The notes under the pieces were generated by a model. That model ran no database searches, was not told the origin of the DNA, and saw only the letters and a program-made list of their open reading frames with translations. Both the position numbers and the translations under genes were made by a program. From positions 12,972-76,971 of the forward strand of contig DYJA01000003.1 of assembly GCA_020723345.1 (NCBI GenBank): a stretch of DNA of 64,000 nt, written 5' to 3'. This document shows positions 9,249 through 17,866 of this stretch, piece after piece; positions within the stretch are counted from its first letter, which is position 1; each line of letters begins with the position of its first letter. This DNA is from Candidatus Aquidulcis sp. GTDB taxonomy: Bacteria; Chloroflexota; Anaerolineae; UBA4142.

Positions 9249-10033
9249 AACGAATTCCACTTTTTCCCTGGATTCTGATCTTTCTCGGCTTTTTGTACTT
9301 TTTCTTGCCGCTGATCGGCACGCTCGATTTCTCGCTGCGGCTCGTCAAGGATCAGATCACGCTCGAAGCGTACAAAAACGTGGTGACCTCGGCGCGTTTC
9401 CAAAACACATTCACCTACTCGTTCATCATGGCGCTGTGGACGATTGTCGCCGCGACGCTCCTCGTCACGCCGACAGTTTACTGGGTGCATCTGAAATTGC
9501 CGCACCTGCGTCCGATCGTCGAATTTATCACGCTGCTCACGTACGTGGTCCCGGCGATCATCCTCGTGTTTGGCTTGATCCGGATCTACAGTCGTCCGCC
9601 GCTGTCTCTGCTGGAAAGCGAAATCGGCTCCGACTTTTTGCTCGTGATGGGTTACGTCTCGCTCGCGCTGCCCGCGATGTATCGCTCGGTGGATGCGGGC
9701 TTGCGCGCGATTGACGTGCGGACGCTCACCGAAGCCGCGCAGAGTTTAGGCGCGGGCTGGCGCACGATCCTTTTGGACGTCATCTTTCCGAACTTGCGCG
9801 TCGCGCTGCTCAGCGGCGCTTTCGTCACCTTCGCGATGGTCATCGGCGAATTTACGATTGCGACTTTTCTCGCGCGTCCCGCGTTCGGTCCGTACATGGC
9901 GAACCTGGGACAGACGCGTCCGTACGAATCCACCGCGCTCACGATCATCAGTCTCGCGCTGACGTGGGCGTGCATCGGCATGATGCAGTTGCTCGGGCGC
10001 GGCGCGCAAGGGCAGATCGCGGGCACGCGATAA
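9245..10033 (+). CDS. ABC transporter permease
   Basis: ATGA overlap with the upstream permease. 'TLTEAAQSLGAGWRTILLDVIFP' is an EAA loop. Confidence 0.85.
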   Translation: MKRIPLFPWILIFLGFLYFFLPLIGTLDFSLRLVKDQITLEAYKNVVTSARFQNTFTYSFIMALWTIVAATLLVTPTVYWVHLKLPHLRPIVEFITLLTYVVPAIILVFGLIRIYSRPPLSLLESEIGSDFLLVMGYVSLALPAMYRSVDAGLRAIDVRTLTEAAQSLGAGWRTILLDVIFPNLRVALLSGAFVTFAMVIGEFTIATFLARPAFGPYMANLGQTRPYESTALTIISLALTWACIGMMQLLGRGAQGQIAGTR

Positions 10034-10035
10034 AT

Positions 10036-10099
10036 CAGTCAACAGTGAACAGTGAACAGTAAACGGTCTACTGTTCACTGTTCACTGATCACTGTTCAC
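10036..10099. repeat. Heptamer-repeat hairpin (CAGTGAA)n / (TTCACTG)n
   Basis: CAGTCAACAGTGAACAGTGAACAGTAAAC ggtc TACTGTTCACTGTTCACTGATCACTGTTCACTG. Confidence 0.85.
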
Positions 10100-10109
10100 T
10101 GGAGTAACT

Positions 10110-11183
10110 ATGGCATTCCTCGAACTCACCAACATCAGTAAAGTATTTGGGCAAACCCCGGCAGTGCAGGATTTCAACTTGCAGGTCGAAAAGGGAGAAT
10201 TCGTTTCGTTCCTGGGACCCAGCGGCTGCGGCAAGACGACGACGCTGCGCATGATCGCGGGGTTTGAACTGCCGACGACGGGCACCGTCGTCGTCAACGG
10301 AAACGACGTGACGAACAAGCCGCCGCAAAAGCGCAACACCGGAATGGTGTTTCAGGCGTACGCGCTTTTTCCCAACATGAACGTCGCGGAGAATATCGGC
10401 TTTGGCTTGAAGATCGCGCGCAAACCCAAAGACGAAATCAAAAAACGCGTGGAAGAAGTGCTGGCGATCATCAAGATGGAAAGTTTCGGCAATCGCTATC
10501 CGTATCAGTTGTCCGGCGGTCAGCAGCAGCGCGTCGCGCTCGCGCGCGCGCTCGCGATTCAGCCGCAAGTGCTGCTGCTCGACGAGCCGCTCTCCGCGCT
10601 CGACGCAAAAATCCGCGTGTCGCTCCGCCAGGAAATCCGCGCGATCCAGCAAAAACTCGGCATCACCACAGTTTACGTGACACACGACCAGGAAGAAGCG
10701 CTGTCGCTGTCCGATCGCGTGGTCGTGATGAACAACAGCAAGATCGAACAGGTCGGCACGCCGTTCGAGATTTACAATTTCCCAAAGACCGAATTCACCG
10801 CGCAATTCGTCGGCACGCTCAATTCGATCCCGGCGACGGTGCGCCACGCCGCGAACGGCGAACTCACGGTGGACAGTCAAACACTTGTCACCGCGCAAAA
10901 GTTGGCAGGCATCGCGGACGGCGAAGCCGTCATGATCTCGATTCGCCCCGAACGAATAAGTTTTGCTTCCGAAGGTCGCAAGCCGAACGTGCTGAACATC
11001 AAAGTCGAGAACATCACGTTCCTGGGTTCGATCGTGCGGGTGCAGGTGCGCGCAGGCGAACACCTTTTCTTGATGGACACGTTCAACAACCCCTTCCTCA
11101 AACTGCCGGAGGTTGGCGATAAAGTTGAGATCACTTTCTCGAAGGAGGCGGTGTTGGTGTTGCGGCATGCCAGCCAAATTTGA
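10110..11183 (+). CDS. ABC transporter ATP-binding protein (PotA/CysA-like)
   Basis: Walker A 'GPSGCGKTT', signature 'LSGGQQQRVALARAL', Walker B 'LLLDEPLSALD'. Confidence 0.95.
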   Translation: MAFLELTNISKVFGQTPAVQDFNLQVEKGEFVSFLGPSGCGKTTTLRMIAGFELPTTGTVVVNGNDVTNKPPQKRNTGMVFQAYALFPNMNVAENIGFGLKIARKPKDEIKKRVEEVLAIIKMESFGNRYPYQLSGGQQQRVALARALAIQPQVLLLDEPLSALDAKIRVSLRQEIRAIQQKLGITTVYVTHDQEEALSLSDRVVVMNNSKIEQVGTPFEIYNFPKTEFTAQFVGTLNSIPATVRHAANGELTVDSQTLVTAQKLAGIADGEAVMISIRPERISFASEGRKPNVLNIKVENITFLGSIVRVQVRAGEHLFLMDTFNNPFLKLPEVGDKVEITFSKEAVLVLRHASQI

Positions 11184-11207
11184 CAATCGATCCGCTTTCG
11201 CTATAAT
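11180..11207 (+). promoter_or_regulatory. Sigma-70-type promoter of the his operon
   Basis: TTGACA (11180-11185), 16-nt spacer, TATAAT (11202-11207). About 150 nt upstream of hisD. Confidence 0.6.
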
Positions 11208-11358
11208 GAGGGCAGAATGTTAACCGAGAGGTTCGCCTTCAAGTATCATTTTACGAGCGGGGTGGATCGCTAGAGCGATTCGCCGATTTTGGCGTACCCG
11301 ATTCACCCCCAAGAGACAAGTCCAAATGCGGCTTGTCTTTTTTGTTTCTGAGAAGAAG

Positions 11359-12762
11359 ATGGTTGAGATCATTACTGGCATCCGAGCCGGACGCGCAAAA
11401 ATCCTGCAGCGGCGTGGGCGGCTGACCGAAACCGTTCCGCCTACGCTCGCCGACCGATTGCAGAAAACTTTTGGCGAGCCGCTGACGCCCGAGCAAGCCG
11501 TTGCGCGCATCATCGCCGACGTGCGCGCGCGCGGCGACGCGGCGCTGCGCGACTGGACGCGCCAACTCGACGGGGTCGCCCTCTCGTCGATCGCGGTGAC
11601 GCCGGACGAAATGGACGCGGCGTACGCGGAAACGCCGAGCGCGGTGCGCGACGCGCTCGCGCGCGCGGCGGCACGCATTCGCGCGTTTCACGAAAAGCAG
11701 AAACCAAAATCGTGGTTGTCAGGTAGGGGCGAAACATTCGCGCGAGTGCGTTCGCAATTCAACGAAGATGTGCGTTTCATGGAAGATAGAAATGCGGAAG
11801 ATGACTTGAATGCTTCGCCCCTACTGGGGCAACGCATCATTCCGCTCGCGCGCGTCGGCGTGTACGTGCCGGGCGGTACCGCGCCCCTGCCCTCGTCGCT
11901 GCTCATGTCTGCGATTCCCGCGCAGGTCGCGGGCGTGCGTGAGATCGTCGTCGCGACGCCGCCCACGATCGCGCCTGCGATTCTCGCGGCGGCAAAAATC
12001 GTAGGAGTCACGCGCGTCTATGCGCTGGGCGGCGCGCAGAGCATCGCCGCGCTCGCGTTCGGCGCGGAATCCGTCGCGCGCGTCGACAAGATCGTCGGCG
12101 CGGGCGGCTTGTTCACGACGATAGCGAAGCGGCAAGTGTTTGGCGCGGTCGGCATTGACGGCTTGTACGGTCCAACGGAAACGCTGCTGATCGCGGACGA
12201 TTCCGCGCATCCCGCGTGGTGCGCCGCGGATCTGCTCGCGCAAGCGGAGCACGACATACTCGCGACGAGCATTCTGGTTACCACTTCCCGGTTACTCGCT
12301 GATCAAGTCGCTCAAAATCTCGAATCTCAAATCTCCAATCTCTCCCGACGCGCAATCATCGCGCAATCTCTCGCCAGCCAGGGCGCGATCATCATCGTCG
12401 AAAATTTGGACGAGGCGATGGAGTTGGGCAACGCATTCGCGCCGGAGCACCTATGCCTGCTCGTGCGCGAACCCTGGAACTGGGTGGGCAAAGTAGAGAA
12501 CGCGGGCGGCGTGTTCGTGGGCGAGTGGACGAACGAAGCGCTCGGCGATTACGTGATCGGTCCGAGCCACGTGATGCCGACGGCGGGCACCGCGCGCTTT
12601 TCGTCGCCATTGAACGTGAACGATTTTGTGAAAATCACGAGCGTGTTCAGCGTGAGCGCGCGTGAGGCGCGTCAACTCGGCGAAACCGCGGCGACGCTCG
12701 CGGAAGCAGAGGGGCTGACCGCGCACGCGAACGCGATCAGACAACGAATGAGGAACGAATAG
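11359..12762 (+). CDS. hisD: Histidinol dehydrogenase carrying two in-frame repeat insertions
   Basis: 'VGVYVPGGTAPLPSSLLM', 'LAQAEHD' and 'APEHL' motifs. See findings for the 102-bp TIR element (11723-11824) and the (AATCTCN)4 tract (12316-12343). Confidence 0.9.
   Translation: MVEIITGIRAGRAKILQRRGRLTETVPPTLADRLQKTFGEPLTPEQAVARIIADVRARGDAALRDWTRQLDGVALSSIAVTPDEMDAAYAETPSAVRDALARAAARIRAFHEKQKPKSWLSGRGETFARVRSQFNEDVRFMEDRNAEDDLNASPLLGQRIIPLARVGVYVPGGTAPLPSSLLMSAIPAQVAGVREIVVATPPTIAPAILAAAKIVGVTRVYALGGAQSIAALAFGAESVARVDKIVGAGGLFTTIAKRQVFGAVGIDGLYGPTETLLIADDSAHPAWCAADLLAQAEHDILATSILVTTSRLLADQVAQNLESQISNLSRRAIIAQSLASQGAIIIVENLDEAMELGNAFAPEHLCLLVREPWNWVGKVENAGGVFVGEWTNEALGDYVIGPSHVMPTAGTARFSSPLNVNDFVKITSVFSVSAREARQLGETAATLAEAEGLTAHANAIRQRMRNE
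11723..11824. mobile_element. 102-bp miniature element with 17-bp terminal inverted repeats, in frame inside hisD
   Basis: GTAGGGGCGAAACATTC at 11723-11739 and GAATGCTTCGCCCCTAC at 11808-11824 are reverse complements (16/17). Length is 34 codons. Confidence 0.7.
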
Positions 12763-12990
12763 ACGAATGGCACGCGGGCAGGATGAGTCAACAACGGAGG
12801 AGCATCCAAGATGAAACAGCCACTTTCCATCGGGATCAGTTGAGACAATTCGACATCCGCTGATCGTCGCGTATTTGAAAGCGGCTCTGGCGCAGGAGCG
12901 CACGCGTAGCTAATCGAGAAGAAAAGCAATCCGGCTAGAGGTGGCCGGCGGCATAGCCAAAGTAGGCACATTCCTTGAAGGAGGGACTTG

Positions 12991-14064
12991 ATGAACGGTT
13001 TCGATGCCAGCACTTTGTTGCGGCAGGACTTGCTCAACTTTCCGCCGTACCGAATGGCGGCGGTGAAAATCGCGGACATGGATCGCGTGATCAAACTGGA
13101 CGCGAACGAGAATGCGTTTGGACCATCGCCGAAGGCGCTTGCGGGGCTTGCGGCGATGCGTCACTGGAATCGCTACGCGACCCAGGATGAACTGCGTCCC
13201 GCGATTGCGAGTTACGTCGGAGTCGATCCGGCGCACATCGTCGTCGGCAACGGCGGCGATGAACTGCTCGATCTGTTGGAGCGCGCATTTTTGAATCGCG
13301 GCGACGCGATCGTCGACCTGCCGCCTTCGTTTGAGATGTACGCCAAGTACGCGGAGGTGAATGGTGGGCGCGTGATTGCGGTGCCGCGCCGCGCCGATTT
13401 CTCGATTGACGTGGACACGCTCAAGCGCGTGGTGGCGCAAGACAAGCCCAAGATCATCTTCGTCGCGAACCCGAACAACCCAACGGGGACGCTCTTGTCG
13501 CGCGAGGAAATCGAACGCGTCCTCGCGCTGCCCGCGCTCGTCGTGCTGGACGAAGCGTACGCGGAGTTTGCGGGTGAAAGTTACGTCGACCGCGTGCCGA
13601 CCCAGCCCAATCTGTTCGTTCTGCGCTCGTTCAGCAAGTGGGCAAGTTTGGCAGGTTTGCGGATTGGCTACGGCGTCGCGCCAGTACGCATCGCGGACCA
13701 GCTTTTCCGAAACAAGTCGCCGTACAACGTGAACGCCGCGGCGATCGTCGCCGCGCAGGCGTCCTTGGAGGACAAGGAGTATTTGCTCGCCAACGTGCGC
13801 CGGGTCGTCGCCGAGCGCGAACGATTGACGGACGCGCTGACGCGCCTCGGCTATTTGCAGCCCTTCCCCAGTCGCACGAATTTCATTCTCTGCCGCGTGA
13901 AGCGATGCGATGCGCGCGGGCTGCGCGACGCATTGGCGGAACGGAACATCTTGATTCGCGCCGTTACGAATCCGCAGTTGCGCGACTGCATTCGCATCAG
14001 CGTCGGGACGCCGGAACAAAACGCGACGCTGCTGCGCGCGTTGGAAGAACTCACGCCCGCGTGA
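12991..14064 (+). CDS. hisC: Histidinol-phosphate aminotransferase (copy 1)
   Basis: 'LDANENAFGPSP', 'NPNNPTG' and PLP-lysine 'SFSKWASLAGLRIGY'. RBS GAAGGAGGG. Confidence 0.9.
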   Translation: MNGFDASTLLRQDLLNFPPYRMAAVKIADMDRVIKLDANENAFGPSPKALAGLAAMRHWNRYATQDELRPAIASYVGVDPAHIVVGNGGDELLDLLERAFLNRGDAIVDLPPSFEMYAKYAEVNGGRVIAVPRRADFSIDVDTLKRVVAQDKPKIIFVANPNNPTGTLLSREEIERVLALPALVVLDEAYAEFAGESYVDRVPTQPNLFVLRSFSKWASLAGLRIGYGVAPVRIADQLFRNKSPYNVNAAAIVAAQASLEDKEYLLANVRRVVAERERLTDALTRLGYLQPFPSRTNFILCRVKRCDARGLRDALAERNILIRAVTNPQLRDCIRISVGTPEQNATLLRALEELTPA

Positions 14065-14087
14065 GTCCATCCCAGCCAAGGATAAAT

Positions 14088-15212
14088 ATGTCGAATTTTG
14101 ATGCCACCAAATTGCTCCGCGAAGACCTGAACGATTTTCCGCCGTACTCGATGGGACACGTGCCGCTCGCGGAGTTGGACTCGCTCGTCAAGTTGGACTT
14201 GAACGAAAACACGTACGGACCGTCGCCCAAGGCGCTCGCCGCCGTCGCGCAGATGCGGCACTATCACCGCTACGTCGGACAGCAGGAATTGCGCGAGGCG
14301 ATCGCGCGCTATGTCGGCGTGGGGGTGGAACACATCGTCACCAGCAACGGCGCGGACGAGATGATCGATCTGGTGCAGCGCATGTTCCTCAATCACGGCG
14401 ACGCGATTGTGGACTGCCCTCCGTCATTCGAAATGTACGCGTTCTTCGCGCGCGTGAACGGCGCGCGGATCGTCCGTGTTCCACGGCGAGAGGATTTTTC
14501 CGTCGACGTGGATGCGGTAGAAAAAGCGATTTCAGATTTCAGATTTCAGATTTCAGATTCTGCAAACCCGACTGCGGAATCTCTCATCTCCAAGCTCCAA
14601 TCTCCAAAGTTGGTATTCCTCGCCAACCCCAACAACCCCGACGGCATGATGATCCCGCCTGCCGATGTGGAACGACTGCTCGCGCTGCCGGCGCTCCTCG
14701 TACTCGACGAGGCGTACGCGGAATTTGCTGGGCAGAGTTACGCCGCGCGCGTGCCGACCCAATCGAATTTGATCGTGCTCCGAACGTTCAGCAAGTGGGC
14801 GGGGCTGGCGAGTCTGCGGGTCGGCTACTGCATCGCGCCGCAGGCGATCGCGGCGAAAATTCTCCAATGCAAAGCGCCGGAGAATGTGAACGCGGCGGGA
14901 AACGTAGCGGCGCGCGCGTCGCTCGACGACCTTGAATATCTGCACGCGAATGTGCGCCGCATTGTCGCGGAACGCGAACGCCTGGCGGGAGAATTCGGGA
15001 AACTCGGCTTTCTCCAGCCCCTGCCCAGCCGCGCGAATTTTCTCTTCTGCCGCGTGCTCGGGCGCGACGCCAGGCAAATCCACGATGCGCTCGCCGGGCA
15101 CGGCATTTTGATCCGCGCATTCGGCGCGCCGCGCTTGCGCGAGTACATTCGCATTGCCATCGGAACGCCGGAGGAAAATGAGACCGTGTTGAAGGCGCTG
15201 AGGGAAATGTGA
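14088..15212 (+). CDS. hisC: Histidinol-phosphate aminotransferase paralog (copy 2) with an in-frame heptamer insertion
   Basis: Same motifs ('LDLNENTYGPSP', 'NPNNPDG', 'TFSKWAGLASLRVGY'). (GATTTCA)4 and AATCTCC-type heptamers at 14528-14612 encode 'SDFRFQISDS...SLISKLQSPK'. Confidence 0.85.
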   Translation: MSNFDATKLLREDLNDFPPYSMGHVPLAELDSLVKLDLNENTYGPSPKALAAVAQMRHYHRYVGQQELREAIARYVGVGVEHIVTSNGADEMIDLVQRMFLNHGDAIVDCPPSFEMYAFFARVNGARIVRVPRREDFSVDVDAVEKAISDFRFQISDSANPTAESLISKLQSPKLVFLANPNNPDGMMIPPADVERLLALPALLVLDEAYAEFAGQSYAARVPTQSNLIVLRTFSKWAGLASLRVGYCIAPQAIAAKILQCKAPENVNAAGNVAARASLDDLEYLHANVRRIVAERERLAGEFGKLGFLQPLPSRANFLFCRVLGRDARQIHDALAGHGILIRAFGAPRLREYIRIAIGTPEENETVLKALREM

Positions 15213-15247
15213 TTGGCGGAGGCGTGTTTCGCGAAAGATGAACAGAG

Positions 15248-15811
15248 ATGCAGCGTCTTCTTCTCATCAAACACGCGCTGCCGGAACTTGATTCGAGCCG
15301 ACCAGCCGCGGATTGGCATCTGAGCGAACGCGGGCGCGCGCTCAGCGAGTTGCTTGCGCGCAAACTCGCCGCGTATTCGCTCGACGTGATCGTGAGCAGT
15401 GTCGAGCCGAAAGCGATTGAGACCGCGCAGATCGTCGCGCAGCGCTTGAACAAGCCGCACGAAATCGCCGCGGGCTTGCACGAACACGACCGGCGCAACG
15501 TGCCGTTTTTGTCGCGCGTGGAAATCGACGCGCGCGTCGCGGAATTCTTCGCCAAGCCGCGCGAGTTGGTGCTTGGCAGCGAAACGGCAGACCAAGCGCA
15601 CGCGCGCTTTGCCGACGCGATCGCGCGCGTGCTGGAAAAACTTCCGCAGAAAAATATCGCCGTCGTCGCGCACGGCACGGTGATTACGCTTTTCGTCGCG
15701 CGGAAAATCGAAATGCCGTTTGAGTTTTGGAAACGACTGGGCTTGCCATCCATTGTCGTGTTGTCGCTTCCTGATTTGCAAGTGGAAGAGGTGATTGAAA
15801 ATGTCGAATGA
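15248..15811 (+). CDS. Histidine-phosphatase (PGM/HP) superfamily protein with a variant KHA N-terminal motif
   Basis: '[10 protein letters not shown]' sits where the family has RHGxT, followed by 'VVAHGTVI'. Embedded between hisC and hisB. Confidence 0.7.
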   Translation: MQRLLLIKHALPELDSSRPAADWHLSERGRALSELLARKLAAYSLDVIVSSVEPKAIETAQIVAQRLNKPHEIAAGLHEHDRRNVPFLSRVEIDARVAEFFAKPRELVLGSETADQAHARFADAIARVLEKLPQKNIAVVAHGTVITLFVARKIEMPFEFWKRLGLPSIVVLSLPDLQVEEVIENVE

Positions 15812-16400
15812 GCGAATCGCCACAGTCGAACGCGCGACGAAAGAAACGAACGTCCGCGTCACGCTCACCCTCGACGGCGCGGGCAACACCGACATCGCGA
15901 CGAGCGTGCCGATGCTCGATCATTTGCTTTCGCACGTCGCCGTCCACGGTTTGCTCGATCTCGAAATCCGCGCCACCGGCGATTTGCAGATCGACGCGCA
16001 TCACACGGTCGAAGACGTGGCGATTGTGCTCGGCGACGCGCTCGACCGCGCGCTCGGCGACAAGCGCGGCATCGCGCGGATGGGGCACGCGTACGTACCG
16101 ATGGACGACGCGCTCGCGTTCGTCGCGCTCGATCTGAGCGGGCGCGCGTACGCGGTGATTGACGCGTCGTTCGCCGCGCCGATGCTCGGCGCAATGCCCG
16201 CGTCGCTCGTCGCGCATTTTCTCGAAACGCTCGCGACGCACGCGCGAATGGATTTGCACGCGCGCGTGCTCTATGGGCGCGACGATCACCACAAAGCCGA
16301 AGCGCTCTTCAAGGCATTCGGGCGCGCGCTCGCGCTGGCGGCGGCGATTGACGCGCGGCGCGTCGGGGTGGCTTCGACGAAAGGAACCTTGAATTCGTAG
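15801..16400 (+). CDS. hisB: Imidazoleglycerol-phosphate dehydratase (monofunctional)
   Basis: '[12 protein letters not shown]', '[17 protein letters not shown]', '[11 protein letters not shown]', '[19 protein letters not shown]'. Confidence 0.95.
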   Translation: MSNERIATVERATKETNVRVTLTLDGAGNTDIATSVPMLDHLLSHVAVHGLLDLEIRATGDLQIDAHHTVEDVAIVLGDALDRALGDKRGIARMGHAYVPMDDALAFVALDLSGRAYAVIDASFAAPMLGAMPASLVAHFLETLATHARMDLHARVLYGRDDHHKAEALFKAFGRALALAAAIDARRVGVASTKGTLNS

Positions 16401-16447
16401 TGAACAGTGAACAGTGGTCATCCGACTGTTGACTGTTCACTGTTGAC
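16399..16447. repeat. Heptamer-repeat hairpin (CAGTGAA family) between hisB and hisH
   Basis: TAGTGAACAGTGAACAGTGG...GACTGTTGACTGTTCACTGTTGAC. Confidence 0.8.
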
Positions 16448-16459
16448 TTGAGTGACAAG

Positions 16460-17074
16460 ATGATCGCAATTGTTGATTACGGCATGGGCAATTTGCGGAG
16501 CGCGTTGCGCGGCATCGAAAAAGTCGGCGGCGCGACGCGCATCATTCAATCGCCGCGCGAAATGATCGGCGCGCGCGCCATCGTTTTGCCCGGTGACGGC
16601 GCGTTCGGTCAAGCCATGGCGAATTTGCGCGCGGCGGGCTGGGTCGAACCGCTGAAACAGGCGTGCGCCGACGGCGTGCCGTTCCTGGGAATTTGCGTCG
16701 GCATGCAATTGCTTTTCGAGACGAGCGAAGAAATGGGACGACACGACGGGCTAGGCATTCTTGCGGGTGAAGTGAAACGATTCCCGTCCGGTCTCAAAGT
16801 ACCGCAAATGGGTTGGAACCAGTTACATTTCCAGCAATCGAATCCGCTGTTGCAAAATGTTCCGAACGACGGCTACGCGTACTTTGTCCACTCGTACTAC
16901 TGCGCGCCGCGCGATCCGTCCATCACACTGGCGACGACAGATTACGGAATTGATTTCGCGTCCATCGTCGGGCGCGGCAATTTGTGGGGCACGCAGTTTC
17001 ACCCGGAGAAAAGCCAGAGCGTTGGGCTAAAGATACTGGGAAATTTTGTGACGATGGTGGGACGGAACACGTAA
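16460..17074 (+). CDS. hisH: Imidazole glycerol phosphate synthase, glutamine amidotransferase subunit
   Basis: 'IAIVDYGMGNLRS', 'GICVGMQLL', 'GTQFHPEKS'. Confidence 0.95.
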   Translation: MIAIVDYGMGNLRSALRGIEKVGGATRIIQSPREMIGARAIVLPGDGAFGQAMANLRAAGWVEPLKQACADGVPFLGICVGMQLLFETSEEMGRHDGLGILAGEVKRFPSGLKVPQMGWNQLHFQQSNPLLQNVPNDGYAYFVHSYYCAPRDPSITLATTDYGIDFASIVGRGNLWGTQFHPEKSQSVGLKILGNFVTMVGRNT

Positions 17075-17128
17075 CACGAAATTCGTATTGCGTGTTGCGT
17101 GTTGCGTGAAATCCAATCTCCAATCTCT

Positions 17129-17866
17129 ATGATCATTTTCCCTGCAATTGATTTGCGTCACGGTCGCGTCGTGCGTTTGCAGCAAGGACGCGCGGACGCG
17201 GAAACAAAATACAGCGACGATCCCGTACAAGTCGCCGCGCGCTGGCAGAGCGAAGGCGCGGAGTGGCTGCACGTCGTCAACCTCGACGGCGCGTTCGGCG
17301 ATGATGCAGCAGCCAACTCTCTCGCGCTGCAAAACATTCTCGCGACCGTTTCGATTCCCGTGCAATTCGGCGGCGGACTGCGCGACATGGCAAGCATCGA
17401 GTCCGCGTTCGCGCTCGGCGTCGCGCGCGTTGTGATCGGCACAGCGGCAATCGAAAATCCGCAACTCGTGTCGGACGCGCTCGCGCGTTTCGGCGCGGCG
17501 CGCATCGTCGTCGGCATCGACGCGCGCGACGGCATGGTCGCGACGCGCGGCTGGCGCGAACAATCGCAGGTCAGCGCGCGTGATCTCGCGAAGCAAATGC
17601 GCGAGCGCGGCATCGCGCGCATCGTCTACACCGACATCGCGCGCGACGGCATGTTGCGCGGCATCGACGGGGACGCGATGGCGGAACTCGCGCGTGCGGC
17701 GAACGTGCGCGTGATCGCATCCGGCGGCGTCGCGAATTTACGCGACATCGAAGCGCTCGCGGCGCGACAAGAAATCGAAGGCGTGATTGTGGGGCAGGCG
17801 CTGTACTCAGGAACGCTGACGCTGAAAGAAGTATTCAGTGTTCAGTATTCAGTCGAGGAGGAATAA
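17129..17866 (+). CDS. hisA: ProFAR isomerase
   Basis: 'IFPAIDLRHGRVVRLQQG', 'VIASGGV', 'GVIVGQALY'. The C-terminal 'FSVQYSVEEE' is encoded by CAGTATT/CAGTGTT heptamers. Confidence 0.95.
   Translation: MIIFPAIDLRHGRVVRLQQGRADAETKYSDDPVQVAARWQSEGAEWLHVVNLDGAFGDDAAANSLALQNILATVSIPVQFGGGLRDMASIESAFALGVARVVIGTAAIENPQLVSDALARFGAARIVVGIDARDGMVATRGWREQSQVSARDLAKQMRERGIARIVYTDIARDGMLRGIDGDAMAELARAANVRVIASGGVANLRDIEALAARQEIEGVIVGQALYSGTLTLKEVFSVQYSVEEE
17831..17854. repeat. Left arm of the heptamer inverted repeat flanking the four-helix-bundle gene
   Basis: GTATTCAGTGTTCAGTATTCAGTC. It shares an exact 18-nt complement with 18306-18332. Confidence 0.8.

Noticed and set aside
11214-11358. Calling the his leader a T-box riboswitch
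   Set aside because: Only a loose GGGTGG match to the T-box sequence. The leader is too short, and I cannot identify a Stem I or specifier loop with a His codon convincingly. It is kept only as an unclassified candidate attenuator.
13638-14087. 5' extension of the hisC copy-2 ORF (track ORF 13638-15212), and similarly the 30085-31008 extension of the ORF ending at 31713
   Set aside because: The extensions overlap upstream genes out of frame and are Arg-rich. Conserved N-termini start at 14088 and 31009, with RBS or ATGA coupling.
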